Of a stretch of 40,186 nt of DNA, positions 38,301 to 40,186 are shown one piece after another. Source of the DNA: Bacteroidales bacterium. Lineage in GTDB: Bacteria > Bacteroidota > Bacteroidia > Bacteroidales > CAIWKO01. The DNA lies in assembly GCA_035389045.1 (NCBI GenBank), contig DAOORA010000038.1, forward strand, positions 1 to 40,186. Direction: 5' to 3'. The notes below the pieces were generated by a model. The model worked only from the letters and a program-made list of their open reading frames with translations, ran no database searches and was not told the DNA's origin. A program made the position numbers and the translations under genes. Positions within the stretch are counted from its first letter, which is position 1, and each line of letters begins with the position of its first letter.

Positions 38301-39641
38301 TTACAAGAGTTCGCCTGCCAGATTTGCCAATTCTGACCGTTCGCCCTTTTCAAGCTGCACATGAGCATAAATAGGATGATACTTAAGTTTATCTATCAGG
38401 ACAGACAATCCGTTGCTTTCGGAGTCCAGGTAAGGTGTATCAATCTGAAATACGTCGCCGGTAAAAATTATTTTTGTGTTTTCCCCCGCTCTTGTAATAA
38501 TGGTTTTAATTTCATGCGGTGTAAGATTCTGGGCTTCGTCGACGATAAAGAAAATATTTGAGAGACTCCGCCCCCTTATATAAGCCAATGGCGTGATGAC
38601 CAGCTTGTCTTTTTCCAGCGCTTCGGTAATGTTTTTGAACTCTTTATCACGTTCATCGTACTGGTGTTTAATCATTTTCAGGTTGTCAAACAAGGGTTCC
38701 ATATATGGGTTGAGTTTGGAATTGATGTCGCCCGGTAAATACCCTATATCTTTATTACTCAGCGGGACTACCGGCCGTGCAAGGTAAACCTGTTTGAAAT
38801 CTTTCTTTTGTTCAAGGGCTCCTGCAAGTGCAAGCAGCGTTTTTCCTGTACCGGCAATCCCCTGAAGGGTAACAAGTTTCACTGCGGGGTTGAGAATGGC
38901 ATGCATGGCAAATACCTGTTCGGCATTGCGCGGGCTGATGCGGTAGGCTGAACGTTTTTCAATACGTTCGACCAACCCGTTTAACGGGTTAAAAAAAGTC
39001 AGTGCAGAGCTCCTGGTGTTTTTCAGAATAAAATAATGGTTAGGGATAGGGTCTTTTAGTTTAATATCTTCAGGAAGACAATAGCCCTTTTCATATATCT
39101 TGTCAATTACTGACCCCGGAAGGTTTTCAATCAGTGTTTTTCCGGTGTACAGCGAATCAATATCCTTAATTTTTCCCGTTTCAAAATCTTCTGCAGTAAT
39201 ATTCAGCGACTTTGCTTTCAGACGAAGGTTAATATCTTTCGTGACCAAAATTACTTTCCTTTCGGGATATCTGTTCATCAATGCAATTGCTGCATTTAAG
39301 ATGCGGTGGTCCGGCTTATCTTCTCCAAAGATCTTACAGGCATCTGTTTCTCCCCTGCCATTTATTACCACCATAAATTTCCCATAATGCTTACCATCAA
39401 GCGGTATCCAGTCCTGCAAGGTAAAATCAGCCGAAAGCGTATCTATAATACGGATAAACTCACGCGCTTCAAAGTTTTTAATATCATTTCCTTTTTTAAA
39501 ATTATCCAACTCCTCGAGAACTGTTATCGGAATAGCGATGTCGTTATCTTCAAAGCTACGGATTGAGTTGTGATTGTAAAGGATCACAGAAGTGTCGAGT
39601 ACAAAGATTTTCTTATCTTTTCCCGCTTGTTTTTTGGGCAT
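38301..39641 (-). CDS. PIN-PhoH (PhoH2-type) protein
   Basis: FVLDTSV PIN start; GIAGTGKT, RGRS, DEAQN, TGD..QID; minus-strand TAATTTTG at 39670-77. Confidence 0.92.
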   Translation of the reverse strand: MPKKQAGKDKKIFVLDTSVILYNHNSIRSFEDNDIAIPITVLEELDNFKKGNDIKNFEAREFIRIIDTLSADFTLQDWIPLDGKHYGKFMVVINGRGETDACKIFGEDKPDHRILNAAIALMNRYPERKVILVTKDINLRLKAKSLNITAEDFETGKIKDIDSLYTGKTLIENLPGSVIDKIYEKGYCLPEDIKLKDPIPNHYFILKNTRSSALTFFNPLNGLVERIEKRSAYRISPRNAEQVFAMHAILNPAVKLVTLQGIAGTGKTLLALAGALEQKKDFKQVYLARPVVPLSNKDIGYLPGDINSKLNPYMEPLFDNLKMIKHQYDERDKEFKNITEALEKDKLVITPLAYIRGRSLSNIFFIVDEAQNLTPHEIKTIITRAGENTKIIFTGDVFQIDTPYLDSESNGLSVLIDKLKYHPIYAHVQLEKGERSELANLAGELL

Positions 39642-40186
39642 AGTATTTTCCTCACATTTTATTGCGAAGCAAAATTACTTTCAAATTCCAGAAAAAAATC
39701 ATAAACAGCACTAATTTACTGACATCGTTGCGTTAATAAATATCATATTCAATCTAAATAAAAATCAAATTTGATGGAGTGTTAAAAAAGTATATTTTGG
39801 CACTAAAATGTTATCATTTTAAAAATATTTAAAGGTTAATACTTTACACTTAAGATATATAGATAATTATCAATAAATAAATATAAGTATACATTTGTTT
39901 TTGTTATTGTATTTATGTTTATATTTTTCACTAAATACCAGGTATCGTATTCTCAATCTGGGTTTATAGAATACTATTACAAGTGATTGTTAATCAGACT
40001 TTTACATATATAAATTTTATATTAAAAAAAACGCCAGCACAAGAATATTAAACATAAATCTTGTCTGCTTCATTTTAAAATATTTTCAGTGAATTACACT
40101 TTCATACCAATTGTAACATAATTAATAGTATTAATATTAATTAACATTTATTTTAGAAATAATTATTGCTTATCTCTTTCTTTTTT

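Noticed and set aside
1141..39566. Numerous short antisense or alternate-frame ORFs in the track
   Set aside because: They overlap well-supported genes and show no recognisable motifs
38301..39641. PIN-PhoH as a toxin-antitoxin module
   Set aside because: No antitoxin-like ORF upstream; ordinary chromosomal context
39642..40186. Long AT-rich non-coding tail as replication origin or ncRNA
   Set aside because: No DnaA boxes, repeats or stable hairpins seen; best read as divergent promoter DNA (TAATTTTG minus at 39670-77, TACATTTG plus at 39890-97)

Overview
Mostly core-genome DNA from a Bacteroidota member, probably an environmental Bacteroidales draft assembly: it has TAnnTTTG promoters, T9SS cargo, gldE/gldD and a 100-N scaffold gap at 15245-15344. 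Left arm: lptE, a conserved hypothetical gene, secG, groES/groEL, an archaemetzincin, a sigma54-type activator, a GT4, a large envelope protein, an Smr protein and hflX. Right arm: USP, GT2/GT9, gpmI, two tandem gingipain-like C25 proteases, a FadL-like OMP, a low-complexity lipoprotein, proS, ssb, gldE, gldD, an esterase and PIN-PhoH. The standout is a candidate RiPP locus at about 14.2-16.6 kb. Two small paralogous peptides (one of 43 aa is absent from the ORF track) align without gaps and share ENKxxxxGIKPTxNPR. They lie directly upstream of a B12-type radical SAM enzyme with a probable C-terminal RiPP-recognition element. The locus is flanked by a TPR-sensor adenylyl cyclase and an HD phosphohydrolase. 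Secondary highlights are a tandem Lys-type + Arg-type gingipain pair with a possible cross-activation site, and a possible sigma54/enhancer circuit on groESL. Family assignments come from motif recognition only; no searches were run.
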